From assembly GCA_028701835.1 (NCBI GenBank), contig JAQVQA010000005.1, positions 1 to 34,997 of the forward strand: DNA of 34,997 nucleotides, given 5' to 3'. The translations under genes and the position numbers were made by a program. The DNA comes from Candidatus Iainarchaeum sp. Lineage in GTDB: Archaea > Iainarchaeota > Iainarchaeia > Iainarchaeales > JAAZKV01. Every line of letters begins with the position of its first letter. Position 1 is the first letter of the stretch. Below, in pieces: positions 25,900 to 34,997 of this stretch. Under the pieces are notes generated by a model. That model did no database searches, was not told the DNA's origin, and was given only the letters and a program-made list of their open reading frames with translations.

Positions 25900-25992
25900 T
25901 CTCAAAAACCCTCAAAAAATTAAATAACTAAATGTTAATTAAAGAAGAATTTTGAGGTTAATAATAGTTCCCTCTGGATTAAAAAATTGTTT

Positions 25993-28900
25993 TTATTCAC
26001 TAATTTCGCTAGGGTACTTCATGCAATAATCCCAAGAATTAAGGAAATTATTCATTGTGTGTTGCATTAATTTACTATTAGTAGGATTCATATTACCATA
26101 TTGGTGGTTAATGTTGTTGTTTTGCCAAGCATTAAGTGAAGGCCAAAGATTAACTTCCATAACTTCGTTTGAAACCCCTATTAATTCTCCATTAATATAA
26201 TAACCAATTCCGCCTTCTTGAGTAAAATCTTCCCAATAAATATTATCCCCAAATAAAGAAATATCTCTAACTTGTTTTGAATCATCTATTATTCTTCCAT
26301 TATACACTAAACCATCCGCTGACCCAAATGCATAATTATTCTTAAAAATAACAAAATCACGGCCTTGGATTCTTTCTCCTACTTTCTTTCCATTAAAATA
26401 TATTTCATTTGAATTTTTTCCACGTCCAATCCAATTATCCTCAAACAATTTTACTTCATTAAGCTCTTCATTAAATACTCTTACCCCATCAACAAAAACC
26501 CCTTCGTCTGTTGTAACAATGTGATGATTATCAAAAAGGATAGTTTCATTAAAAGAGACTTTAATATCATTAAATAAATTCAATAATTTTCCATTAAAAA
26601 TCAAATTATTCCCTAAAAAAAAGCTCGTAAAATTAGCTACTGCAAAACCTAAATTTTCAAAAACTAAGTTATTTTCACCAAAGAAAGTATAGTCTAAAGA
26701 AGGATTATAATAATCTACTCTTTCACCATTTTTATATAAATAACTGTTCTTTTCCTCAACCCAAATCGTTCCAATTGAAGAAAAGAAAGAATCTTGCCCT
26801 TTTCCGCTTTGAACTAGTTTACCGTTTTTGAAAACTTTGTTAAAACCATTAACATCAAAATAACTAACATCCGGGAGTTGGGTTATAAGGTTATTCCCAT
26901 CAATCCAGTCAATTTTCATAGCCCCCTCTTTTTTTGAATCAACTATTTTTTCACCATTCCAAACTATTGAACCATCTTTTGTTTTGTAAGCATAATTATT
27001 ATGAGATATCGTAAAATCGGTTTTAATCATACAATCAGCATCAGAAAAAACATTCTCATCATAACCAAAAGAATAATCTGCCTTGCAATAACCAATATGA
27101 TTCCCCCAAAGTTGCGGATGTTCACCCAAACCAAATTTATTACCATCATAAAAAACCATTTTTCTATTTTTACACTCCCCTCTAAATTCTTCACATTCAT
27201 TCCCCTTCAAATCATATTTATCATCTTTTACATATGCATAATGATTATCAAAAATTGTTAACTCTGTAATATTTCCCTCATCCACTTTTACTCCATCAAA
27301 ATACAATTCCCTCCACGTAACACTATCAGCTCGTTTTATGTAAGCATAATGCCCGTTACAATCAAAAACCTTATAATAATTTGAATTTTTTAACAAATCT
27401 AACTCTATTTTTTCTGTCAAAATCATTTCCCCTGCTTTTAAAGGATCTATTTTCAGGGTTTTTTCAACTAATCCTGCAGAAAAATTAATTTCTTTTGATT
27501 CATTAGGCCTTAACCCAATCATCAACCCATCATTTTTATCTAAAACCATAAAGGCTCCAATAATAGAATCTATTTGAACATGAATTGTGTTTTTATTATA
27601 GTCAGAGTTTATTTCTATTGGAACAAAAACAAAAGCGTAATCCAAACTAATGTTTATTGATTCACCAACACTAGGCACATCAATTAAAGTCTCTTCAAAA
27701 AAAGCTTTTTTTTGTGCCAAAAAGTAAAAAACTGCTTTTCCATTTGGTTTGCCAAACAATTCAAATGAATTATCTTGGAAAGGGTAGAAATACTTTTTTG
27801 AAATCGAAGCATAGTCTTTTCCTTTCACTACTGCTGTCAAAAAATAATTTGAATCAATTGAACTAGATTCACTTTCTTGGAATAAAATAAATTCTTTTAA
27901 ATATATTAATTCATTCATTGAAATATTCTCTTCCACATTTTCATTAACAAGGGTTGTAGAATAATCTCTATTTATTGTTTTAAAAAGAATTTCAAAATCT
28001 CCATAATACTCTTCTATTGTTGTAACTTCTTTACCATAAATATATTTGATTGAGTAAGTTAATTCTTTACCATATTTTATTTTTTGAGTAAATACCCTAT
28101 TAAGATCATCATATTCAAATTCAAATTCACCTTCATCATTTTTGATCCCTTTAAGCAACCCCTTGTCATTATATTCAAATTGTATTGAAGTAGTTAATTC
28201 TATTAAAGGGTTAGCAAATGAATTACTAATTTTCTTTAACTCATTTCCTTCATAATAAAATTCATACTTCATATAATAATTCTGATCAAAAACAAAGAAT
28301 ATGTTGTTTAGTTTGTTCGAATCATAATCAAAAAACACTCCTTTTTTTTCTGATTGAATTATATAACCCAATCTATTGTCAGAGTATAAAAGATTTGATG
28401 CTTCTTGACTTAGAACTGAGAATGGATAAGCATTTCTATTATTGATATCCTCATCAAATTGAGAATAACTCAATAGTCCCTCAGCTATACTTAATTTCAA
28501 TTCACCAGTTCTTGGATTAACCCAAAAATCATTAAAATTTTCTTTTTCACTAATTTCGTTTTGTGAAAAATAATAACACTTCTTTGATTCATTCAAATCT
28601 TTTTCAAAGTGAAAATTACGAGCCCAATCAGAAAAATCATTATAAACAGTTTGACCTACTTCAGAGATAACTTGGTTTAAAGGAATACCTCTAATAGGAG
28701 CATCATTTACAATTGGATTATAAATTAAGTTTTCATAAACATTAACCGGAGCAACTACTTCAGAAAAATTTTCTTGAGTTTGGCGAATAATATCTTCTGC
28801 AGAACCAGAAATTGAAGTAGAGTAAGTTGCAAGAACATTTCCCCTTAAATCACTAGGATTTGCTTGACCTAAAGGATTATCTATGCCTAAAAGCAACGCC

Positions 28901-30543
28901 CCTGAAGAATCTGTAAAATCTATTACTGATTGAAAAGAAGAAACATTTCCACTAAATCCAGGAATAACAAATCTTGCCATGTTAGTCAAACCATTAGATA
29001 ATTTACTATAAGTTGAATCAACCCCAACTAAATAATGAACTGCATCAAAATTAAATCCGTTTTCAGATAAAGACCTGTCATTTGAATTCAAAAACAATCC
29101 CCCGTCAGGATTAGTTAATTTTACTTCATGCTGTAATTCTCCTCCATTAAAAAGCGCAGCCATTAGCGGGTTGATATCGTCACCAAGATTAGGATTTAAA
29201 AAACCTGGTGGCAATCCATTATGTTCACCATAAAAAGTGCTATTTCTCATCATTCTAAAAATGTCTTTTGAAGATGCATCAGGAAACAATTTCTGAAGAT
29301 CCCCTGCACAATCAGCCAAGTCACTCATTGATTCTAGCGGACCAGTGTATTGCAAATTTAATTTCCCATCAGAATCTGTACTTGCAACAAAACTCCCATC
29401 ATAATCCCCTGAATTTAAAATATTTCTTGCATTATCCGCCATTTCTTTAGCTTTGTTTTTTTCTTGTTCTTTTTGTTCCTTAAAAAAGTCTTTTGCTTTA
29501 TCATAAGCTTCTTTTGTATTATTCTTCATCTTTTCCCAAATTTCTTTTGCGCGGTCTTTCATGGAATTATATTTGGTTTTAGCCCAATCTTTTATACAAG
29601 CGAGTGGGTTTTGAACACACTTAAAAAAAGTACTTCCAAAAAATCCAGAGAAACTCATTCCCCCACTATTTCCTATTCCTGCATCGCAATTCCACCATGA
29701 AGCAATTGTATCAATCTCTCCTTCATAATAACATTCATTTTCACTACAAGTTTTTTTTGCAATTCCTTTCTCAACCCACATTCCTTTTACTTCATCAAAA
29801 TACCAAAAAGGAATCTCACTAGGGGAAGATTCTATTTGATTTGTGCTTATTGGTATTTTTAGAGTTGCTTTTTTTCCCTTTGCAAGATCAAGTTTTTCTC
29901 CTTTAGAATTTTCCGCTTGTACTTTCGCAAATCCAAATGATTCAAAAGGAATCACTTCACCAGTTTTTAACTCTCCTTCAAAATCCCCAGGAAAAGCTTG
30001 TATTTCTTCTTCACTAGTTGGATCAAAAGGAGTTAAAGAAATCCCAACATCAATCGCTCTTTCATTAGTTCCCTTTACCACAAAACTATTAACAGGAGCA
30101 CTAAGACCAGCCCCTCTCATTTCAACATTAACAGGCTCATTAACATTTACTTTAACAAAATCCTCTTCCTCAAAAAATATTGTATTAACAGTTAAATCAA
30201 ATCCATTAAGCTCAACACTCTTATGAATCGGAACAAAACCATCCTTAAAAAAAGTAATTATAGCATTCCCTTTCAAACTAGCATTAATTGAATAAGACCC
30301 ATCTTCACTAGTAATAGTCTTCAATTTCCCAATACTTACTTCAACTTCTTTAACATATTCATTTTTTTTGTTGATTACAACTCCACTTATAGAATAATTC
30401 TCGTCACCTACCACTAGTTTTGAATAAAATCCGTTGTTTGAATCAATAGAATCAGAGTCACTTTTAGAAATACAACCACTGACTAATAACAATAGCGTTA
30501 GGGACACTAACAAAATAAACACAAAATTTTTGGTTTTCAACAT
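25993..30543 (-). CDS. Giant (1516-aa) putative surface lipoprotein. It has a carboxypeptidase-regulatory-like domain, a few YD/RHS-like repeats and a C-terminal array of roughly 40-aa repeats.
   Basis: ATG start. Signal plus lipobox is FVFILLVSLTLLLLVSGC. ISGVVINKKNEY...TSEDGSYSI resembles CarboxypepD_reg. YD-like strings are FEYNDKGLLKGIKNDEGEFEFEYDDLNRV. The C-terminal third repeats [YF]xNG[KE]x[VI]...F(D/K/G)N(H/N)YA. Confidence 0.85.
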   Translation of the reverse strand: MLKTKNFVFILLVSLTLLLLVSGCISKSDSDSIDSNNGFYSKLVVGDENYSISGVVINKKNEYVKEVEVSIGKLKTITSEDGSYSINASLKGNAIITFFKDGFVPIHKSVELNGFDLTVNTIFFEEEDFVKVNVNEPVNVEMRGAGLSAPVNSFVVKGTNERAIDVGISLTPFDPTSEEEIQAFPGDFEGELKTGEVIPFESFGFAKVQAENSKGEKLDLAKGKKATLKIPISTNQIESSPSEIPFWYFDEVKGMWVEKGIAKKTCSENECYYEGEIDTIASWWNCDAGIGNSGGMSFSGFFGSTFFKCVQNPLACIKDWAKTKYNSMKDRAKEIWEKMKNNTKEAYDKAKDFFKEQKEQEKNKAKEMADNARNILNSGDYDGSFVASTDSDGKLNLQYTGPLESMSDLADCAGDLQKLFPDASSKDIFRMMRNSTFYGEHNGLPPGFLNPNLGDDINPLMAALFNGGELQHEVKLTNPDGGLFLNSNDRSLSENGFNFDAVHYLVGVDSTYSKLSNGLTNMARFVIPGFSGNVSSFQSVIDFTDSSGALLLGIDNPLGQANPSDLRGNVLATYSTSISGSAEDIIRQTQENFSEVVAPVNVYENLIYNPIVNDAPIRGIPLNQVISEVGQTVYNDFSDWARNFHFEKDLNESKKCYYFSQNEISEKENFNDFWVNPRTGELKLSIAEGLLSYSQFDEDINNRNAYPFSVLSQEASNLLYSDNRLGYIIQSEKKGVFFDYDSNKLNNIFFVFDQNYYMKYEFYYEGNELKKISNSFANPLIELTTSIQFEYNDKGLLKGIKNDEGEFEFEYDDLNRVFTQKIKYGKELTYSIKYIYGKEVTTIEEYYGDFEILFKTINRDYSTTLVNENVEENISMNELIYLKEFILFQESESSSIDSNYFLTAVVKGKDYASISKKYFYPFQDNSFELFGKPNGKAVFYFLAQKKAFFEETLIDVPSVGESINISLDYAFVFVPIEINSDYNKNTIHVQIDSIIGAFMVLDKNDGLMIGLRPNESKEINFSAGLVEKTLKIDPLKAGEMILTEKIELDLLKNSNYYKVFDCNGHYAYIKRADSVTWRELYFDGVKVDEGNITELTIFDNHYAYVKDDKYDLKGNECEEFRGECKNRKMVFYDGNKFGLGEHPQLWGNHIGYCKADYSFGYDENVFSDADCMIKTDFTISHNNYAYKTKDGSIVWNGEKIVDSKKEGAMKIDWIDGNNLITQLPDVSYFDVNGFNKVFKNGKLVQSGKGQDSFFSSIGTIWVEEKNSYLYKNGERVDYYNPSLDYTFFGENNLVFENLGFAVANFTSFFLGNNLIFNGKLLNLFNDIKVSFNETILFDNHHIVTTDEGVFVDGVRVFNEELNEVKLFEDNWIGRGKNSNEIYFNGKKVGERIQGRDFVIFKNNYAFGSADGLVYNGRIIDDSKQVRDISLFGDNIYWEDFTQEGGIGYYINGELIGVSNEVMEVNLWPSLNAWQNNNINHQYGNMNPTNSKLMQHTMNNFLNSWDYCMKYPSEISE

Positions 30544-30627
30544 AAATACAATAACATTTAACCTAATATAAATGTTTAGATTAAAAAAAAACCCTTGAGT
30601 TTTATTAATTGTTTTAAGGAAAAAAAT

Positions 30628-31539
30628 TTATTTTTTCAATGGTCTTTGTATTGTTGTTGAATTGTCTTTTGAGATTTCAAATTCTTTTTTTGTTTTTTGC
30701 TTTGCTTCGTCAGCTATTTGGTGAATGCTTTTTGTTTTTTCTTTACTACCACTTTCTTGTGTTGCATGATTATTTTCTTGAGTGGGTTCTTTTTTTTCAT
30801 GCAAGTGTTCGTGATTGCAATTTTTAGTATGAACGTGGTTTTCTTCACTAATTTCTTTTGGTAACTCTACTTCACTTCCCACCATTTCTTCTTCTTTGAA
30901 TTTTAATTCTACTCCAAATTCTTTTGCTATTTGAGTAATTGATTTATTTACTTGTTCTAAGTTTTTCATTAAGTTTTTGGATAGGGTTACTGTTAGAACT
31001 CCTGGAGTAATTTCTTTCTTTGACCCTGGGATTCTTTCGTAGTATTTTTCAAAAATTGCTTCTGCAACTTCTTTGTTATCTTTTATTTCTTTTACTAATT
31101 CAACATGGTATTCTACGTCTCTTCCTGCTAAAGGGTGGTTGAAATCTATTCTTACTCTTCCACTCGTAACACTTTGCACTTTTCCAATAGCATTAGCTAC
31201 TCTTACAACGAGTCCAGGAAAAGGATTAATTTTTTGATCAAAAAAGTTTTTTATTGGAATTACTCTTACTAGCTCTTGTTTTCTTTCACCAAATGCCTCA
31301 TTTGAGATTAGTTTAACTAATTGTTTTTCCCCTTCTTTCATTTGTTCTATTACATCCTCAACTTTTTCGAGGAGTTCTTTTTCACCAGTAATTATTGTTA
31401 ATGGTTCGTATTTTCTTCTAGCATCATGTATACCCGCTTTTTTTGCTTCTTCTTCACTCGTAGTATCAAACACTTTTCCTTCTAGTGCTTCTTTTCCAAC
31501 AAAATTTACTTTCACTATTTTTCTCTTCTTTTCAGCCAT
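30628..31539 (-). CDS. FKBP-type peptidyl-prolyl cis-trans isomerase, archaeal long type, with an IF (insert-in-flap) domain and a His-rich C-terminal tail
   Basis: ATG at 31539 (MAEKKRK); an in-frame GTG lies 12 nt upstream. V(K)VNFVGK...GKVFDTT...PLTIITGEKELL and RIDFNHPLAGRDVEYHVELV are typical of SlyD/archaeal FKBP. The tail is HVHTKNCNHEHLHEKK. Confidence 0.85.
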   Translation of the reverse strand: MAEKKRKIVKVNFVGKEALEGKVFDTTSEEEAKKAGIHDARRKYEPLTIITGEKELLEKVEDVIEQMKEGEKQLVKLISNEAFGERKQELVRVIPIKNFFDQKINPFPGLVVRVANAIGKVQSVTSGRVRIDFNHPLAGRDVEYHVELVKEIKDNKEVAEAIFEKYYERIPGSKKEITPGVLTVTLSKNLMKNLEQVNKSITQIAKEFGVELKFKEEEMVGSEVELPKEISEENHVHTKNCNHEHLHEKKEPTQENNHATQESGSKEKTKSIHQIADEAKQKTKKEFEISKDNSTTIQRPLKK

Positions 31540-31721
31540 TTTTTTACTCACCCATTAACATTGAATTAATCAAAAGCCCTTTTGACTCATCATTAATTGC
31601 TTTATTGTTTAGGTTTTTTAAAGTTGGCTTTATGGGAAAAAGAGAAAATGACTGGTTTTTAAGGTTTTACAAAACTAATCAATTTAATCAAGTAGGGGTG
31701 TTTTTGTTGGAACAAGAAAAA

Positions 31722-32453
31722 ATGGTAAAGTATTTTGGTATTTTTGTTGCAGTTACAATGGTAATTAGTCTTTTTGCTTATGTTGGTTACGTTGCTTTAA
31801 GTGATCCAATAATTCCTAGTGAAGAGGATTACTTTGAACCCAACGCAACATTATTTAGTTATAACCTTTCTTTTGACACTAATGCAATTAAGGACTTGTC
31901 TTCTTTTAGAGTTGCTTTAACAACTTCAATTGAAGATAAAGTTATGATTGATAGTGAAATTAAAAAAATTGAGGGAGTGAATAATATTGCATCTCAATTC
32001 AAAAAAGAAGATATTTCTTCAAAAGAATGGATTTACTTTGCTGAAGTAACATTAAAAAAGAATGCTAGCATCAGTCAGATTGTAAATAGTATTTATTCAC
32101 TAGATTTTTTTGACTCTTCTTCCGAAAAAGTTGCAATGAAGCACATGACTATTAATGTTCCAAAAAGTGTAATACTTCATAACCCTGATTTGAATATTGA
32201 CAGGAATTATTCATTCACTACCCCTGTTTTGTCTGCTTTAACAAGCATTGATACTCTACCGGGTGACGAACTTATTGTAGAGGGTTTAATTTCTCTTCAA
32301 GGTTCTCTAATTAATTCAATTGAATTAATAGAACTTGAGAATAAGTCTCTTCAAGAGCGATTAATGCAAGAATTCGAGACTCAAGTAATTGATGTTAATG
32401 AAGGCATCATAGTTAGTGATGAAGAATTAACTGATGTTAACAAGAATGAGTAA
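31722..32453 (+). CDS. Hypothetical N-terminally membrane-anchored protein
   Basis: The ATG at 31722 yields MVKYFGIFVAVTMVISLFAYVGYVALS, a TM or signal anchor. The longer ORF from 31485 overlaps the divergent FKBP start and is Phe/Leu-rich junk. An alternative ATG lies at 31632. Confidence 0.5.
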   Translation: MVKYFGIFVAVTMVISLFAYVGYVALSDPIIPSEEDYFEPNATLFSYNLSFDTNAIKDLSSFRVALTTSIEDKVMIDSEIKKIEGVNNIASQFKKEDISSKEWIYFAEVTLKKNASISQIVNSIYSLDFFDSSSEKVAMKHMTINVPKSVILHNPDLNIDRNYSFTTPVLSALTSIDTLPGDELIVEGLISLQGSLINSIELIELENKSLQERLMQEFETQVIDVNEGIIVSDEELTDVNKNE

Positions 32454-32515
32454 TTCCAACAATTATTCAATAATGTTTAACTAGAATATTAAATGAAAAT
32501 AAAAGTGAATTAGGA

Positions 32516-32523
32516 TTTTTTTT
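32516..32523 (+). terminator. T8 tract about 60 nt downstream of the stop at 32453
   Basis: An oligo-T tract in a convergent intergenic region. Confidence 0.35.
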
Positions 32524-32565
32524 GAACAAAAATAATTGTTTGAATAAACCCTAGTCCAATTTTAT

Positions 32566-32895
32566 TTATTCTTTTAATTTTAGTATCGCTTGAGCTATAT
32601 CTCCTTTTGTTTCTATCAAAGCTTTTTTTGCTTCTTCTTCACTTACCCCTGCTTGTTCTGCAACCATACTCACATCTTCTTTTGAATACTCTTCTTCAAT
32701 AACTTCTCTACCTGCTAGCGAATAAGTCTTGACTCCCTTCATTTCAATTAATTGAACTTGGGGTTCAACTATTTTTATTACTTTCCCACTCTTTAGTTTT
32801 ATTATCACTTCTTCTGCATCAACTTCTTGGTTTTTTATACCAAATTGCTTCATCATTCCACTCATTTGTCTAGGATTCATTCCACCCGGAAACAT
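32566..32895 (-). CDS. nac: Nascent polypeptide-associated complex protein (archaeal NAC with C-terminal UBA domain)
   Basis: 109-aa ORF. Contains MFPGGMNPRQMSGMMKQFGI, a NAC beta-barrel core, and the UBA-like VSEEEAKKALIETKGDIAQAILKL. GAGGT lies upstream of the ATG. Confidence 0.9.
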   Translation of the reverse strand: MFPGGMNPRQMSGMMKQFGIKNQEVDAEEVIIKLKSGKVIKIVEPQVQLIEMKGVKTYSLAGREVIEEEYSKEDVSMVAEQAGVSEEEAKKALIETKGDIAQAILKLKE

Positions 32896-32984
32896 ACTAA
32901 TTACCTCTAATTAGAAGTAATAATCAAAACAATTAAAAAAGAGTTTTTTAATTACAAATATTTTTTTTAAATTATTGTGAAGAA

Positions 32985-32992
32985 TTTTTATA
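32985..32992 (+). promoter_or_regulatory. TATA-like box (TTTTTATA) about 25 nt upstream of the ATG at 33013
   Basis: The spacing fits a leaderless transcript of the GLUG-repeat gene. Confidence 0.3.
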
Positions 32993-33012
32993 CTTGGAAA
33001 ACATTAGTTTTT

Positions 33013-34997
33013 AATGAATTATAAATTAAATTTAGTTATTTTCATTTTCTTTTTTTTAAGTACAATTGTCCTTGCTTTTAGTGGAGGGAGTGGGACTATT
33101 AGTGATCCTTTTATTATTACTAATTGCATTGAACTACAAGAAGTCCATAATATAAACAATCTTGAAAAAGCATATATTTTAGGCAATGATATTAACTGTT
33201 ATAATGAAACACGACTTGGAGGCACATTATACAATAATGGAGAAGGTTTTAACCCAATAGGGCATTTTGGTTATTATAATTTTAACAATTATGTATCCCC
33301 CTTTACAGGTACTTTTAATGGAAAAAATTTTGTAATATCTAATTTAACAATTAATAGACCTAATTTTGATTCAGTAGCATTATTTGCATCAACTCAAAAT
33401 GCTTCAATACAAAACGTGGGTTTAGAAAATGCTTTAATCACCGGATGGAATATTGTTTCTTCATTAGTAGCAAATTCTGATTCTTCAACAATTATTAATA
33501 CTTACAATAAAAATGGATTAATAAACGGCGCAGGAATTGTTGGAGGTTTAATAGGAAGACAACAAGGAAATTCTGTGTTAATTAATTCATATAACACTGG
33601 AAATGTATTAGGTAGATATTATAACGAATTTGCTGAACCAAACAATATAGGGGGCTTAATCGGATTTAGTGAGTCTTTAATTAATCCAACAAAAAATTGT
33701 TTTTCAACGGGAAGAATTGTTGGAACTAATGCTATAGACGGGTTAATAGGTTCTACTTCTTTATTACCAATTAATAGTTATTGGTTCGACGTTTTAGATG
33801 ATAATGCTACCTCTTGCAGTGGTTGCATTAAATCAAATTCAATTAATAATTTTTATTCAAAAAATTATGGAGTGTATATTAACACACCTATTTGGGATGG
33901 TAATTGGTTTTGGTCAGAAAATAGTTTTCCAGTTCTAAAAAAAATGATGGGTGAAGGGACTATTAGTGATCCTTTTATTATTACTAATTGCATTCAACTC
34001 CAAAATATAAATAATAATTTGAATGCCCATTATATTCTGGGAAGTGATATTGATTGTAGTGATACAATTAATTGGAATAATGGCTCTGGTTTTATTCCAA
34101 TTGGGGGAGCATATTCAAATTTTAAAGGTAGTTTGGACGGAAATTATAAAGTAATAAAGAATTTGTACATTAATATCCCTGTTTCAAGAAATCTTGCAGG
34201 AACAAATGACTTTGTAGGTTTGTTTTGTATTGTTGATGGGGCAAAATTAAGAAACATTGGTTTGAAAGATGCAAACATAACTGGGGCTGTTGATGTTGGT
34301 GGTTTTATAGGGAGAGTTAACATATACAGTCCAACTGAATTAACTAATTTGTATTTTGATGGAGAATTAACTGGAACTGATGAGGGCGCTATGTATGGAG
34401 TATTATCAACAGTAGGAGGAATTATTGGAACAACCTGGGACAAAGTAACTTTAAAAAACTCTTTTTCAACAGGAAAAATAAATTCAAGTGGATATGGAGG
34501 AGGATTGATTGGGAGTATTCAAGGAAGTAATATAATTAATTCTTATAGTTTGATGAGTATTACTGCCCCTTATGCGGGGGGTTTGGGTGGTTTTGCTTCG
34601 GGGGGTTCTATCATTAATTCTTTTTCAGCTACTAATTTGAGCGGAAACACAACTTCTCCAATAGTAGCAAAGGTTAATAATAACTATAATTCATCTAATT
34701 TGTATTGTTTAAATAGTTCTGCCCCCCCTAATTGTACTTTTGTTTCTGACCCGAAATTGATTTACCCAAATACTCACCAAGTTTATAACTCTAGTCCTTC
34801 TTGGGATAATAATTGGGTTTGGACTGAAAGCTTTTTTCCTCAATTAAATACATTTCCTTATTGTAGGGGCCCGATTGATGGCAATGCAGTAATTTATCAA
34901 GGGGATTGGACTGGATTAAAACCAACTGATAATTTAATCAATGTTCTCTCAAATTCAAATACTTCAAGAACTTGTGAATGGAAATGCAAAGAGGGTT
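33013..34997 (+). CDS. Secreted GLUG-motif beta-helix adhesin-like protein. It has two tandem GLUG modules and then enters the shared Cys module. It is 3'-truncated by the window end.
   Basis: I translated this open frame from the ATG at 33013 to the window edge; it is absent from the ORF track because it has no stop. Signal is LVIFIFFFLSTIVLAFS. GTISDPFIITNCI(E/Q)LQ occurs twice. Recurrent GGLIG/GGFIG/GGIIG (GLUG-like) motifs are present. The last residues, CRGPIDGNAVIYQGD...NTSRTCEWKCKEG, match the module of genes 8195..9622 and 9874..12867. Confidence 0.85.
33092..33130 (+). repeat. 39-nt perfect direct repeat, copy 1 (GGGACTATTAGTGATCCTTTTATTATTACTAATTGCATT)
   Basis: Identical to 33956..33994. 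It marks the start of GLUG module 1. Confidence 0.9.
33956..33994 (+). repeat. 39-nt perfect direct repeat, copy 2
   Basis: Identical to 33092..33130, 864 nt downstream and in the same reading frame. It marks the start of GLUG module 2. Confidence 0.9.

Noticed and set aside
25993-30543. Classification of the giant protein as an RHS/YD polymorphic toxin with a downstream immunity gene
   Set aside because: Only a few YD-like strings are present. I see no RHS core-terminating PxxxxDPxGL-type motif and no variable C-terminal toxin tip. The downstream gene is RuBisCO, not a small immunity ORF.
31485-31721. N-terminal 79 codons of the 322-aa ORF
   Set aside because: This part overlaps the divergent FKBP start, encodes Phe/Leu-rich junk and begins at a non-ATG codon. 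The TM-anchor-encoding ATG at 31722 (or the ATG at 31632) is the more credible start.
34144-34443. 99-aa minus-strand ORF
   Set aside because: It is antisense to the long uninterrupted plus-strand GLUG-repeat frame. Its Pro/Thr/Val-rich sequence is a shadow of the GGxIG repeats.

Overview
AT-rich (about 30% GC by eye) archaeal fragment. It is most consistent with a small-genome DPANN-type archaeon such as Pacearchaeota, Woesearchaeota or Nanoarchaeota. The archaeal assignment rests on a complete rpoH-rpoB''-rpoB'-rpoA'-rpoA'' RNA polymerase operon with split B and split A subunits, an archaeal NAC protein, a long-type FKBP, and a tRNA intron with a bulge-helix-bulge motif. Housekeeping genes include a bacterial-type AspRS, tRNA-Asp(GUC) with an 80-nt intron, a form III RuBisCO, an NSUN-type RNA m5C methyltransferase, an MBL hydrolase, a PspC-domain protein and a PPC/DUF296 protein. 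About 36% of the window by coordinates encodes five large secreted, lipid-anchored or TM-anchored proteins. Three of these share a roughly 60-aa four-cysteine module that I do not recognise. The others are a GLUG beta-helix adhesin-like protein, a Kazal-domain protein and a 1516-aa lipoprotein. The best candidate for an undescribed system is a same-strand trio of Fe-S enzymes at 13.5-16.9 kb: a U32 protein with the intact CX6CX15CX3C cluster motif, a minimal [FeFe]-hydrogenase H-domain-like protein, and a radical SAM/SPASM enzyme. The trio has no maturases and no visible precursor peptide. No CRISPR array, rRNA, transposase or integrase was seen. Internal operon genes carry GGTG-type Shine-Dalgarno motifs. 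Several operon-first genes have TATA-like boxes about 25-31 nt upstream of the ATG, which suggests leaderless or short-leader mRNAs.
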